Below are positions 19,902-29,167 of a DNA stretch of 64,000 nucleotides, piece by piece. This DNA is from a virus (taxonomy: Duplodnaviria; Heunggongvirae; Uroviricota; Caudoviricetes): the IMG/VR virus record IMGVR_UViG_3300018065_000012; one strand, written 5' to 3'. The notes below the pieces were generated by a model, which saw only the letters and a program-made list of their open reading frames with translations, was not told the DNA's origin and made no database searches. Every line of letters starts with the position of its first letter. Position 1 is the stretch's first letter. A program made the position numbers and the translations under genes.

Positions 19902-20540
19902 ATGAAAGCGCGCAGTGGATTTGTAAGCAACAGTTCAACCAGTAGCTTTATCATCGTCGTTAAAAATAGCGGTGCCGAGGGTGAGGATTGGTTTGGACAA
20001 TTAGAATTCGTCGTTGGATCGTTGACGCATGGAAAAATGGACAATGTAAAGTGGCACGCAGGAAAGATTTCTGAATACCGCGAGACATTGATGCGCGAAC
20101 TCGAAGGGCTTCAAAAGAGCAAAGAAGTTTGCGAGAAAGAACTCAAAGAATTCAAAGCGATTATTAAAAACAAAGAAGCACGACGTGGTGCAGAGTTGGT
20201 TTTGGAATTGCAAAGTAGAAAGAAGCAACGGGAGTTTCAAAAAGAAGGTCCGGAAGGAATACTTCAAGAAGTAACGCTCAAACAATATGATTCTCGACGA
20301 AAGCCTTTCAACAGATTGGTCAAGAATGAACTTGAGCGTTATGATTCAGGGCTTACTGAATTGAGCAAAAAGATTGAGAAGTTGTGGGAACGTTTGAAAG
20401 CTGTTGAACCGTATAACGACAAGAAATGGAAAATGGTTTCATTTGAAGAAGAAAATAGTTGGGGCGTCGGCATTACAGATGCAGCAGAGAGGTTAGTGAA
20501 CATGGGGAAGGCAGTCATTGTTCACAAGGAGTCGACATGA
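19902..20540 (+). CDS. GFVSN-leader family protein (paralog C, coiled-coil-like body)
   Basis: MKARSGFVSNSSTSSFIIVV. Confidence 0.5.
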   Translation: MKARSGFVSNSSTSSFIIVVKNSGAEGEDWFGQLEFVVGSLTHGKMDNVKWHAGKISEYRETLMRELEGLQKSKEVCEKELKEFKAIIKNKEARRGAELVLELQSRKKQREFQKEGPEGILQEVTLKQYDSRRKPFNRLVKNELERYDSGLTELSKKIEKLWERLKAVEPYNDKKWKMVSFEEENSWGVGITDAAERLVNMGKAVIVHKEST

Positions 20541-20836
20541 AATTGCGAGCAGGGTTTGTTTCCAATAGTAGTTCGGCTTCATTTGTTGTTTGGATTCCGA
20601 TGATCAATGAACGGCAAAAGCGAGCTATCTTGAATCATACTGAATATGCAAGGGAACATGGCTTCAAATCAGAATGGATGGATCAAGAAGGAATCTTTCA
20701 TGACGACTGGGACGATGTAGAAGATGATTATCCAATGATCAAAGGAGAAATCCGTTGCGACAACGGAGATACGGAAAAGTTTTTCAAATGGCTTGGAATT
20801 AATAGTGAAGCCTTTGTGGTGAGGGATGAATCATGA
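20537..20836 (+). CDS. GFVSN-leader family protein (paralog D)
   Basis: MKLRAGFVSNSSSASFVVWI. Confidence 0.5.
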   Translation: MKLRAGFVSNSSSASFVVWIPMINERQKRAILNHTEYAREHGFKSEWMDQEGIFHDDWDDVEDDYPMIKGEIRCDNGDTEKFFKWLGINSEAFVVRDES

Positions 20837-21264
20837 AGACAAGAACGGGTTTTGTTTCCAACAGTTCCAGTTCAAGTTTTTGCATCATTGGTACTTCCAA
20901 CTGGTCAAGAGTGCTGGCAAAGAAGGAAGGGCTTTACAAAACGGAACACTATGAAGAAAAAGTTTGCGAGCACGGAAGACCAAACAAGAAAACGAAGTAT
21001 TGTCCTCAATGTGGATTTGAATTTAGCAATGCTGAGGATTTCACGTATCCTGAACTTGCTTATGGAAGCGCTCAGGGAAAAGTATTTTCCTATTATGGTT
21101 CAGAGGACGTTGATTATGCGGGTTTGGATGCAGAAGAGCTTTTGAAGAAAATGACTATTCCCCAAGCTTGTAAGCACGTTCAGGAAATAGCAGAGAAAAA
21201 ATTGGGCGTCAAGATTCCTTCAAAGCAGCTTGGATTTTTCTACGGGGAAGCGGGCAATGGATGA
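20833..21264 (+). CDS. GFVSN-leader family protein (paralog E, with zinc-ribbon CEHGRPNKKTKYCPQCG)
   Basis: MKTRTGFVSNSSSSSFCIIG. Confidence 0.55.
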   Translation: MKTRTGFVSNSSSSSFCIIGTSNWSRVLAKKEGLYKTEHYEEKVCEHGRPNKKTKYCPQCGFEFSNAEDFTYPELAYGSAQGKVFSYYGSEDVDYAGLDAEELLKKMTIPQACKHVQEIAEKKLGVKIPSKQLGFFYGEAGNG

Positions 21265-21799
21265 GTTTTTGAAAGAGGTTGAGGCTTTTGTCTATGCTGC
21301 TCATAAAGGGCAACGGCGAAAGTATACAAATGAGATGTATGCTCGACACCCTATGAACGTTGGGGCAAAGGTTGCTGAGCGGGCAGATTCGAGCGAAACG
21401 ATGATTGCGGCTGCTATGTTGCATGACGTTTTGGAAGATACAAAGATAACGTCAAAACAGTTGCGCGAGAAGTTTGGAGGGATTGTTTCTTCTTTGGTGC
21501 TTCAATTGACAAATCCTTCTAAAAATCATACAGATTTGCCCAGAGCAAAAAGAAAACAAATGGACAGGGATTTTCTGAGAACGGTTTCTCGCGAAGCAAA
21601 GATAATTAAGATGCATGATCGGCTTGACAATATATCTGACTTTGGCGATGCTCTTGAAACCGACAGGGGCTTTGTAAAGTTGTACCTTGAGGAATCACGT
21701 TTGCTTGCTGATGTGTTGGGAGACGCAGACGAAAAACTATACCATGAGCTGATGAAAGAAATCGAAAAACAAGAAGAGAGGGTAAAAGAAAATGGCTAA
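21257..21799 (+). CDS. HD-domain (p)ppGpp hydrolase-like (small alarmone hydrolase, RelA/SpoT HD family)
   Basis: AAHKGQRRKYTNEMYARHPMNVG ... AAMLHDVLEDT matches the RelA/SpoT hydrolase HD signature. Confidence 0.55.
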   Translation: MDEFLKEVEAFVYAAHKGQRRKYTNEMYARHPMNVGAKVAERADSSETMIAAAMLHDVLEDTKITSKQLREKFGGIVSSLVLQLTNPSKNHTDLPRAKRKQMDRDFLRTVSREAKIIKMHDRLDNISDFGDALETDRGFVKLYLEESRLLADVLGDADEKLYHELMKEIEKQEERVKENG

Positions 21800-22208
21800 A
21801 AAATGGTGGTATGAAACGTCTGAAGTTGTCGATAGGGACTTAGCGACTTTTTGGGATGAAGACTTTCACGGTAATTGTACTATGGATGAAGGAAGTGTTG
21901 AAAGCCTTCGCAAATGGCTGAATAAAGAAGTGAAGAAAGCAAAAAAGAAAAAGATTTTCAAAGAATTGTGGTTTGAACTTCGGCACGTTGAAGTAGATGA
22001 GTTTGGGCACATGAAATCACAGTTGGTTTTGCGGGGAAAGAGTCCTGAAACAAAAGCAGAGCGCAAAAGAAGAATGGAACATTTCATGGCGCAGGAATGG
22101 ATGGAGTTTGAAAAAGCAGAGCGCATGATGAAGCTTTACAAAACGCCTGATGGGAAGGCGCATTTCAAAAAACTGAAGGAATGGGCAGAAAGGAAGATGA
22201 AGAAATGA
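21792..22208 (+). CDS. hypothetical protein (Lys/Glu-rich)
   Basis: ORF only. Confidence 0.4.
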   Translation: MAKKWWYETSEVVDRDLATFWDEDFHGNCTMDEGSVESLRKWLNKEVKKAKKKKIFKELWFELRHVEVDEFGHMKSQLVLRGKSPETKAERKRRMEHFMAQEWMEFEKAERMMKLYKTPDGKAHFKKLKEWAERKMKK

Positions 22209-22723
22209 AAATCAGACTCGGAATGGTATCAAATTCAAGCACGTCAAGTTTTGTCGTCGTTGGTTACGGAATCGACAACAAGATGTTCTCGCGGGAAAAA
22301 ATTATGGAAGCGGTTTGGGGAAACGAATCGGATTTCCCAAAAAAGGAGCCTTCCGAGAAAAAGCGTGGTTGTGTTCATCCAGAAACCAAAGGGGCAAGGT
22401 TTTGTCCGGAGTGTGGAAAACCAACTTGGGTTGATAGTTTCAAACATGCTGAAGACAAGTTCGCTGATGAACTTTCTGATTACTATTATGAAAAACGCGG
22501 AACGGGCGACGGTTTCACGATTAGGGACGACGACGATGACGGAGCGCCAAACGGCAAGACAGTGGTTGGAATTGAAGCTGCTTGCTGGAGCGACGACGGC
22601 GATAGCGCGGAATGCGAGTGTGATTTGGAGGACATTTTTGGAAAGCTTAAAGATTTGCGCAGCAGGCTTGGCCTTTCAGATGAGGAGCAGATCAAGCTTT
22701 TCGTAGGGACTTGTGCCAGTTAA
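22205..22723 (+). CDS. GFVSN-leader family protein (paralog F, zinc-ribbon CVHPETKGARFCPECG, acidic tail)
   Basis: MKIRLGMVSNSSTSSFVVVG. Confidence 0.5.
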   Translation: MKIRLGMVSNSSTSSFVVVGYGIDNKMFSREKIMEAVWGNESDFPKKEPSEKKRGCVHPETKGARFCPECGKPTWVDSFKHAEDKFADELSDYYYEKRGTGDGFTIRDDDDDGAPNGKTVVGIEAACWSDDGDSAECECDLEDIFGKLKDLRSRLGLSDEEQIKLFVGTCAS

Positions 22724-22735
22724 GGAGAAAAGCAA

Positions 22736-23119
22736 ATGAAGATCAGAAGTGGGTTTGTAAGCAACAGCAGTTCAAGTAGCTTTTGCATTTTCGGAGTTTC
22801 CCTTGATACAAGCGAATTCAAGAAGACAAAAGCGTATCAACAAACGCTGAAAGAGTTGGCTGACAAAGAAGGAAAGACGCCAGAAGAGCTTGAAGAAAGT
22901 TGGGGCGTCTATGAAATATCGGAAGGTATCAAATTGCCTGACGATTTTTCAATGCATCAGCCTCCTGAATTTGAGACTGTTTACATTGGCCGTTCATGGA
23001 CGGGCATTAAAGACGATGAAACAGGCGCTCAGTTCAAAGAGAATGTTCGGACAGTGGTTAAAGAAATGCTCGGAAATCAAACGTTTGCAATACATGAGGT
23101 ATCGTGGTACAATGGATAG
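22736..23119 (+). CDS. GFVSN-leader family protein (paralog G)
   Basis: MKIRSGFVSNSSSSSFCIFG. Confidence 0.55.
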   Translation: MKIRSGFVSNSSSSSFCIFGVSLDTSEFKKTKAYQQTLKELADKEGKTPEELEESWGVYEISEGIKLPDDFSMHQPPEFETVYIGRSWTGIKDDETGAQFKENVRTVVKEMLGNQTFAIHEVSWYNG

Positions 23120-23128
23120 GAGAAAAAG

Positions 23129-23515
23129 ATGAAGACGCGCAGCGGGTTTGTGAGCAACAGTTCTTCAAGTAGTTTTATCATCGCATGGAAGGGTGATGAT
23201 AAGGCATTGGAGAGAAAACTTCATAAGGTTTTCCAAACGCCGAAAAAAGGCCCATTGCGTTCTTTTGCGGAAAACGTGATTGCGCTGCTTCTTGGTGGTG
23301 ATGTTTGGAAAACAGAAAAGGCTTATCGTAAGTATCATTGCTATGACGATGATGAAGAATTGCCGCACGCAGATTTGTTCAAGAAATTTGGTAAGATAAG
23401 AACAATCAGGGTGAGCAACGAAAGCGGAGAATCACTTGACGAATATTTGTACAGTGACGGGGACGCGTTTGAAGTCAAAACTCCTACTCTTGTAATCAGA
23501 TTTGAGGGACATTAG
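23129..23515 (+). CDS. GFVSN-leader family protein (paralog H)
   Basis: MKTRSGFVSNSSSSSFIIAW. Confidence 0.55.
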   Translation: MKTRSGFVSNSSSSSFIIAWKGDDKALERKLHKVFQTPKKGPLRSFAENVIALLLGGDVWKTEKAYRKYHCYDDDEELPHADLFKKFGKIRTIRVSNESGESLDEYLYSDGDAFEVKTPTLVIRFEGH

Positions 23516-23516
23516 G

Positions 23517-23918
23517 ATGAAAACAAGAAATGGTTTTGTGAGCAACAGTAGCTCCAGCAGTTTTGTTATCGTGACGTCAAAAGAGAATCACGAGCGTGCG
23601 ATGAAGGCTCTTCATCCATATGTTCAAGACGTTGTAAACCAAGTCATCAAGTATGAGAAATTCCTTGGACAAGACGTCGTTTATTTTGGCGATTTGAGCG
23701 TTCAAGGGTACGGCCCTATCACTATGGGTGATGAGTTTGATGATACCATTGATGGGAAATGGGACAGCGAGCTTGATGACGACGATGAAAACAAGGGCAA
23801 GCAAAAACGGCCAGATGGGGAATATGGCGACTTGATGACCGGCTATGATGCGGTGGAAAAATGGCAGGAAGAACTCAGAAAAGAAAAAGACAAAGTATTT
23901 GAATGGGGAGAAGGATAG
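23517..23918 (+). CDS. GFVSN-leader family protein (paralog I)
   Basis: MKTRNGFVSNSSSSSFVIVT. Confidence 0.5.
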   Translation: MKTRNGFVSNSSSSSFVIVTSKENHERAMKALHPYVQDVVNQVIKYEKFLGQDVVYFGDLSVQGYGPITMGDEFDDTIDGKWDSELDDDDENKGKQKRPDGEYGDLMTGYDAVEKWQEELRKEKDKVFEWGEG

Positions 23919-23922
23919 CAAA

Positions 23923-24450
23923 ATGAAAGTCCGAATTGGATTTGTCAGCAACAGTTCAAGTAGCGGTTTCATTGTTGGCTTTGAAAAAGGCAAGCTTCCA
24001 AAGTCAGTAGAGAAGATTCAGGACTTGCTTTTTGGAAACGACAAGCAAATTTCCATTTACGACAAAACTATTCAAACTGACCAAGCTGCGAAAACGGTTT
24101 GGGATGATTTGCAAAAAGCCAAGCCGATGACTGATGCAGAAATAGCAAATGAACTTGAACACTTTGGTGGTTGGGATTGCACTGGAAAGGTATCTTTTCC
24201 AAAAGAGATTAAGTATGATGATTTTAAGAAACCTAAAAAGGACGGGGGATGGGAATATTGCGATTGGGATCAATATGAAATTGAAGTTAAAAAACGGGGA
24301 ATGAATTGTATGTTGATGTTTAGAAAACAGTATCCCAATTTTGATTTTTTCCATTTCGAATATGGAGATGAAGATGGTGACTACTTTTGTGTAATGGAGC
24401 ATGGCGGCATCTTTGATAATGTCCTTCACTTGAAAATCAGTCATCATTAA
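23923..24450 (+). CDS. GFVSN-leader family protein (paralog J)
   Basis: MKVRIGFVSNSSSSGFIVGF. Confidence 0.5.
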   Translation: MKVRIGFVSNSSSSGFIVGFEKGKLPKSVEKIQDLLFGNDKQISIYDKTIQTDQAAKTVWDDLQKAKPMTDAEIANELEHFGGWDCTGKVSFPKEIKYDDFKKPKKDGGWEYCDWDQYEIEVKKRGMNCMLMFRKQYPNFDFFHFEYGDEDGDYFCVMEHGGIFDNVLHLKISHH

Positions 24451-24459
24451 GGAAATAGA

Positions 24460-24921
24460 ATGAAACTTACGGAAGAACAACAACAATATTGTATCAAACG
24501 TTATGAACGGGAGATACGATATTTGAAAGTGAAACGCATGAAAGCGCCAGCAGTGATCACTGAGGCGTATGAAGAGATGATTGCAAAAGTTACAGAGAAA
24601 TGCAAAGAGCTTGGCGTGACAGACAAAATTTATTTAGCGTTTTGCGAAAAGTACCATGAAATTTATATCGCTAACGAGATAGAACATTCTATTCGACAAA
24701 GTTGTTTGAAATGGCTACGTCATATTCAGAATGATGTCAGGGGAGATAAACTTACAATATGCAAATGCGTTGTACGGAATAATGGTTGTAGGCATGATTG
24801 CCCAGAGATTGAACCGGCGACAGAGCAGCAACAGAATTGGTTCAAATCATGTTGCGATGTTGATACTGGAGAGTTTTATGAAACGCCCAACGATCCACCA
24901 GACATTGATTTACAAGAATAA
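24460..24921 (+). CDS. hypothetical protein (Cys-containing)
   Basis: ORF with RBS-like GGAAATAGAATG. Confidence 0.4.
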   Translation: MKLTEEQQQYCIKRYEREIRYLKVKRMKAPAVITEAYEEMIAKVTEKCKELGVTDKIYLAFCEKYHEIYIANEIEHSIRQSCLKWLRHIQNDVRGDKLTICKCVVRNNGCRHDCPEIEPATEQQQNWFKSCCDVDTGEFYETPNDPPDIDLQE

Positions 24922-25228
24922 GTGAAAATTCTTTTATATTCGCCGTCTTATAGAACGCAAGGTTTAAGGAAGCCTTGAAAATATGAAGTGCAAATTGAAA
25001 ACATTTTTGAATTGTGCGGCCCTTCAATTTTTCAAAGGGCTGTATTAGTTTTGAGATGTTACTAAGTTTGCGCTTTCCCTTGCATAAGGAGACATTAATG
25101 AGCTTTTTCCTTTTGCTTTGGTTTTTCTTTTTGACCGTGAATTTTTCTTTAGTGTCTTATACTGACGAGCTGATTTGCAAGCAAATGGGATTCATGTAAC
25201 AAAAGAAATTCCGAAAGGACAATATGAA

Positions 25229-25900
25229 ATGAAAATGAGATTTGGTTTTGTTAGTAATAGTTCATCCCAAAGTTTTTTGATTGATATGAAAGCATATCCA
25301 ACCGTGTTTGACCTTGCGTTGCATATGCTGGAAATCAGGAATGACGACTACAAGGATTATGACGAGAAAAATAAGGAACGCTTTTTCAGTGAAGAAGTTC
25401 ATTGTTCGGAAGAGCGCAGGATTATAACATCCGAGCGCGATCGCAACACGTCTGTTTCGTTCAGCAGTTGCAATTTTGATACTGAAATTACCTGTGTTGG
25501 GAATGCTTTTTTTGTCGCTACTTGTAACAATCATCCGTTTCATGTTCATCTCAACGGACGGCTTAACCTTTATGATGCGACTTTGAATTGTGATTGGCTG
25601 AAAGAAACTTTCAAAGACGAGGACATTGAGGGAATAGAGCAAGACTTGGAATACGAAATCGAGAAAAGATTTCAACAGCGACCATTCTGGTGGCCGCGAT
25701 ACGATTTGGTTTTGAAAATAATAGACTACGAAGACAAGCGGCACGATCAATTCAAATGCAGAGATCAAGGACATTGGATGAGTCCGTATATTATCGCAGA
25801 AGGTCAATACACGGGGAAAATCGTTTGTCCACACTGTTTTATTGAAAGAGGAGTGGTCCAAGGTGAAGCCACAAAAGCAGATTTGCAAAAGATGCGTTGA
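25229..25900 (+). CDS. GFVSN-leader family protein (paralog K, Cys/His-rich body)
   Basis: MKMRFGFVSNSSSQSFLIDM. Confidence 0.5.
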   Translation: MKMRFGFVSNSSSQSFLIDMKAYPTVFDLALHMLEIRNDDYKDYDEKNKERFFSEEVHCSEERRIITSERDRNTSVSFSSCNFDTEITCVGNAFFVATCNNHPFHVHLNGRLNLYDATLNCDWLKETFKDEDIEGIEQDLEYEIEKRFQQRPFWWPRYDLVLKIIDYEDKRHDQFKCRDQGHWMSPYIIAEGQYTGKIVCPHCFIERGVVQGEATKADLQKMR

Positions 25901-26087
25901 GAAGCAGACGAGCAATGGGTGGGGAGAGCTTGATGAACTTGCTTGGGACAAGATGTCGTTGCATTTTTGCTCCGAGTATGCTAAAGAGAGAAATAACATC
26001 GTAAGTGTTGAGAAAAAAATTCCACCCAATTGTATATTCTTGCTTGAATATTTGATGTACTATCAGGGAAAGAAAAATGAGGCTTAG
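25863..26087 (+). CDS. CPF-LEH family small Cys-rich protein
   Basis: KQICKRCVEK ... PPNCIFLLEYLMYYQ; GTG/TTG start overlapping the previous gene. Confidence 0.4.
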   Translation: MKPQKQICKRCVEKQTSNGWGELDELAWDKMSLHFCSEYAKERNNIVSVEKKIPPNCIFLLEYLMYYQGKKNEA

Positions 26088-26277
26088 CCCAAAGATTTGC
26101 AAAATTTGCCACAACAAAAGGTTCACCATGGAACAGAACAAATGGGGCGAGTTCGATCATCAACGGTGGAGTAGCGATCAAGTATTCTGTCCTGTCGTTG
26201 CGAAAGTAATCAGTACGAAAGCTGTTCCGGATTCTTGCTCCTATTCGGCAGAACAAATAGTATCTAACAGAAGTTGA
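26077..26277 (+). CDS. CPF-LEH family small Cys-rich protein
   Basis: MRLSPKICKICH ... PDSCSYSAEQIVSNRS. Confidence 0.45.
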   Translation: MRLSPKICKICHNKRFTMEQNKWGEFDHQRWSSDQVFCPVVAKVISTKAVPDSCSYSAEQIVSNRS

Positions 26278-26295
26278 AAATTTTTTGATATTCAG

Positions 26296-26304
26296 TTGTA
26301 TAAT
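26296..26304 (+). promoter_or_regulatory. TTGTATAAT promoter motif directly abutting start codon (leaderless candidate)
   Basis: TTCAGTTGTATAATAGAACATG: the -10-like hexamer ends 5 nt before ATG 26310. Confidence 0.4.
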
Positions 26305-26309
26305 AGAAC

Positions 26310-26666
26310 ATGAAGAAATTGCATTTTGAATACAGAGAAAGCTTTGCCGTCCCTCAACTTCTTACAAGCGATGAGGTTACGGCATTATTAGCTGAGCTTG
26401 ACCCTTTTTTGGATGGGTTCTTTTTGGGTTTAGCACATGAAAATGTTTTTGATCTTTTGTGTCCCGTGGTTGATTCTTTTGAGCATACTGTGATTGATGA
26501 TGAAAAATTGGGTATTAGTCGTATCAAAGTCTTGATCAAAATTTCAATGAAGATGGTGACGCAACAAGAGTATCCAACTTTGCAAAGATGTTTTAACGAT
26601 GCCATTAGTGCGTTTTTGGGTAGTCGGTTTCCCAACGCTGGGAAGGATGAGAAAAATGCTCGATAA
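26310..26666 (+). CDS. hypothetical protein
   Basis: ORF; no RBS, consistent with leaderless initiation. Confidence 0.4.
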   Translation: MKKLHFEYRESFAVPQLLTSDEVTALLAELDPFLDGFFLGLAHENVFDLLCPVVDSFEHTVIDDEKLGISRIKVLIKISMKMVTQQEYPTLQRCFNDAISAFLGSRFPNAGKDEKNAR

Positions 26667-26871
26667 GAAAATTTGTAAAGGTTGCCGTGAAAAGTCATCA
26701 TGGTGGAATGATTATGATGACAGGCGTTGGACAAAAGGAAATGTTGTTTGTGTTTTGGGAAATATTACGAAACGCAAACGAGCAGAAAAAGAAAACGCAC
26801 CGCCAGATTGGTGCGCCTTTACGCTGGAACACGTTTTGAAATCGCAACGTGTTTCAAAAGGAGCAAAATAA
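26656..26871 (+). CDS. CPF-LEH family small Cys-rich protein
   Basis: MLDKKICKGCREK ... PPDWCAFTLEHVLKSQ. Confidence 0.45.
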   Translation: MLDKKICKGCREKSSWWNDYDDRRWTKGNVVCVLGNITKRKRAEKENAPPDWCAFTLEHVLKSQRVSKGAK

Positions 26872-27192
26872 ATGGACGTGGGAGACATCCTTGAAAAGTT
26901 GGAAGGCGATCAGGAAGCAATCAAATTGCTTCCTTTGATTCAGCCATACTTGACTGTTTTATCCCGCGAAGAAGGGAAAGACAAGGTTGACAAGTTCATG
27001 AACCTGTTCATAAAACAGGAGTGGCAAGACTTAGATTCGTGGTTGTGGCCCAAGATGACAGATGATGAGCGGGATGCATTGTCGGCTCAAGTTTTGGATG
27101 CCGCGAGAAAAACAGTTGACAATTTGCATTTGAGTGATAAGATTATGAAGAAAGTTGCTTTGAAAATTCTCATGCTGGCCCTGAAAATTTAG
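26872..27192 (+). CDS. hypothetical protein
   Basis: ORF with RBS AAAGGAGCAAAATAAATG. Confidence 0.4.
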   Translation: MDVGDILEKLEGDQEAIKLLPLIQPYLTVLSREEGKDKVDKFMNLFIKQEWQDLDSWLWPKMTDDERDALSAQVLDAARKTVDNLHLSDKIMKKVALKILMLALKI

Positions 27193-27200
27193 AGGACAAT

Positions 27201-27632
27201 ATGAAAGTTGAAGTATCACGTCAAGAAGGTGGGAGATTGCCCGTATACAAAACGCCAAACTCAGCGGGTGCTGATTTGTGTTCCATTGTTGATGAAATGA
27301 TTCAGCCGGGCGAAGTAGTTTTGATCAACACTGGGATTCGCGTTTCAATTCCAAAAGGCTATGAACTTCAAGTTCGTTCTCGTTCTGGTTTGGCATTCAA
27401 AGAACATATCTTTGTCTTGAATGCGCCGGGAACCGTTGACAGCGACTACCGTGGACTTGTGGGAGTTATCCTTGCCAACTTTGGAAAACAACCATTTCAT
27501 GTTAAGCGGGGCGATAGAATCGCTCAAGCGGTTGTTTCTAAGGTTGAACACGTTGAATGGGAAAGCGTAGAACAGGTTGACATGGACACAGAACGTGGCG
27601 AAGGTGGGTTTGGTTCAACAGGAGTCAAATAA
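27201..27632 (+). CDS. dut: dUTP diphosphatase (dUTPase)
   Basis: All five dUTPase motifs present: AGADLCS, RSGLAFKEHIFVLNAPGTVDSDYRG, GDRIAQAV, RGEGGFGSTG. Confidence 0.85.
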   Translation: MKVEVSRQEGGRLPVYKTPNSAGADLCSIVDEMIQPGEVVLINTGIRVSIPKGYELQVRSRSGLAFKEHIFVLNAPGTVDSDYRGLVGVILANFGKQPFHVKRGDRIAQAVVSKVEHVEWESVEQVDMDTERGEGGFGSTGVK

Positions 27633-27814
27633 TGAAAACAGTTTTTGTTCATACAGATCAACAGCTTGGTTATGGTGAAATGAAAGAGGCTTCATTTGTG
27701 GCGATAGAAGGAGAAGTGATCAAAAATAAGTATGGCGAAACGGGTCAACAAGTTGGTGATCCAACGGTTCACGAAGATGATACGGGAATTCACATCACAT
27801 TTCCGAAAACATGA
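27632..27814 (+). CDS. small hypothetical protein
   Basis: ATGA start overlap; 60 aa. Confidence 0.3.
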   Translation: MKTVFVHTDQQLGYGEMKEASFVAIEGEVIKNKYGETGQQVGDPTVHEDDTGIHITFPKT

Positions 27815-28248
27815 AACCAAAAGATTTGGTCGGAAACTACGTTGCATATGATTCTGAAAAAGGTTCTGTCTGGGCTGAGATCGATGAACTAAGAAAACAG
27901 CCAGATGGGAGACGCTTTTTCATTGCAAAACATATGCGAGTCAGGACAGAAGAAGGGAGAATCATTGAACATTACAATAGAGTGTTGTGGTGGGATGGTT
28001 TGAAGAAAGGAAAATTTGTTGTCGTCAAGCCAGATGACAATTTGAAAGAAATTGAAGATGAATTGTTCATGTTCCTATTGCGTGATACTACTGATTTCAA
28101 TTCCTTTTTCTTGGGCGCTGAAGATTTAGAAGGAATGATTGATCCAACATTGTCCGAGAAAATACAGAACACGATTGAACATCTGCTTAACAAAGGAAAG
28201 ATGTTAGTATCATGCGGAGACGATAACGAGAGCGAGGAAGAGGAATGA
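27811..28248 (+). CDS. hypothetical protein with acidic C-terminus
   Basis: ORF only. Confidence 0.4.
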   Translation: MKPKDLVGNYVAYDSEKGSVWAEIDELRKQPDGRRFFIAKHMRVRTEEGRIIEHYNRVLWWDGLKKGKFVVVKPDDNLKEIEDELFMFLLRDTTDFNSFFLGAEDLEGMIDPTLSEKIQNTIEHLLNKGKMLVSCGDDNESEEEE

Positions 28249-28592
28249 AACGCATAATAATATTTGCGGTGTTGATTTTTCTTTGTGGTTGTATGTCCAC
28301 GCCTGTTCAAAAAGAACCCGAATATGAGAACTGGTATGAAAATCCGCAGCATCAAGAAAAATATTATAAGAGAAAAGTTGATCTGTTGAGAGAAATGGAT
28401 GCAGCAAAAACTCATACGCAAAAATTCGAAGCCTATATCGCGTTGATTCATAACGCTGACAAGTATCAGAAGAAACCAGAAGTTGTATTCTGGTGTAAGG
28501 AATTGCTCAAGCTGTTTCCAAAAGAAAGACGGGGCGAACCCATACCTAAAGATGCGCAAAGGATGATCGATGAGTACACTGCGGAGAGATGA
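28245..28592 (+). CDS. putative lipoprotein
   Basis: MKRIIIFAVLIFLCGC lipobox-like signal. Confidence 0.45.
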   Translation: MKRIIIFAVLIFLCGCMSTPVQKEPEYENWYENPQHQEKYYKRKVDLLREMDAAKTHTQKFEAYIALIHNADKYQKKPEVVFWCKELLKLFPKERRGEPIPKDAQRMIDEYTAER

Positions 28593-28947
28593 GTTTGCCG
28601 TTGATGTAGGCGAAAACAAAAAAGTGGTCGTGGCTGTGAATCTTGACGGCAAAGAAATGACGGGTCTTGACTTTGGAGGGGCGTTGGGCTACGAGTTTTT
28701 CAAATGCGAGGAAGACATTCCTTCAGAAAAAGCGTTGCGGACGCTCGAAATGAACCGGGAAGTTTGCAAAAAATGCACAAAGAAAAAAGAACTGCCCTGT
28801 GGTTGGAAAAAAGGTGACGACCAAGTGTTCCGGAATGGGCAATGGTTGATCAAAGAAGGATACGAATGCCCTTATGAAACTGAACATGCCGTTTGTCGGG
28901 ACAAACCTTTTGTGAAAAAGGAACTGTTCGACGATGCCAAACATTAG
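28570..28947 (+). CDS. protein with C-terminal CPF-LEH-like module
   Basis: C-terminal EVCKKCTKKKELPCGW ... GYECPYETEHAVCRDK after a 60-aa N-terminal extension. The module alone could start at the internal ATG (MNREVCKKC). Confidence 0.4.
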   Translation: MSTLRRDEFAVDVGENKKVVVAVNLDGKEMTGLDFGGALGYEFFKCEEDIPSEKALRTLEMNREVCKKCTKKKELPCGWKKGDDQVFRNGQWLIKEGYECPYETEHAVCRDKPFVKKELFDDAKH

Positions 28948-29167
28948 CATATGCAAAAAATGCATCGGGCGTTTGAAACTTTCTTGGTATGTTGATCCAG
29001 AAACGGACAAACAGATGTTGCGCAATTGTCCTGCGGCATGGGTAATCGCTTATGACGAGCAAGCGCCACCAGCTTGTAGATACATCCTTGAGCAAACGCT
29101 TCAAAAGGAAGAATTGAAGCCACGCATCCTTGATGAAGACTACTATGATTCGCGGGGGATAGAATGA
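28934..29167 (+). CDS. CPF-LEH family small Cys-rich protein
   Basis: MPNISICKKCIGR ... PPACRYILEQTLQKEE. Confidence 0.45.
   Translation: MPNISICKKCIGRLKLSWYVDPETDKQMLRNCPAAWVIAYDEQAPPACRYILEQTLQKEELKPRILDEDYYDSRGIE

Noticed and set aside
24921-25229. 300-nt intergenic gap with weak hairpin GCCCTT ... AAGGGC
   Set aside because: Stem only 6 bp and no conserved promoter motif. Probably a simple transcription-unit boundary.
27972-28652. 226-aa minus-strand ORF
   Set aside because: Antisense to + strand genes with RBS and stop/start coupling. Hydrophobic low-complexity translation. No RBS.
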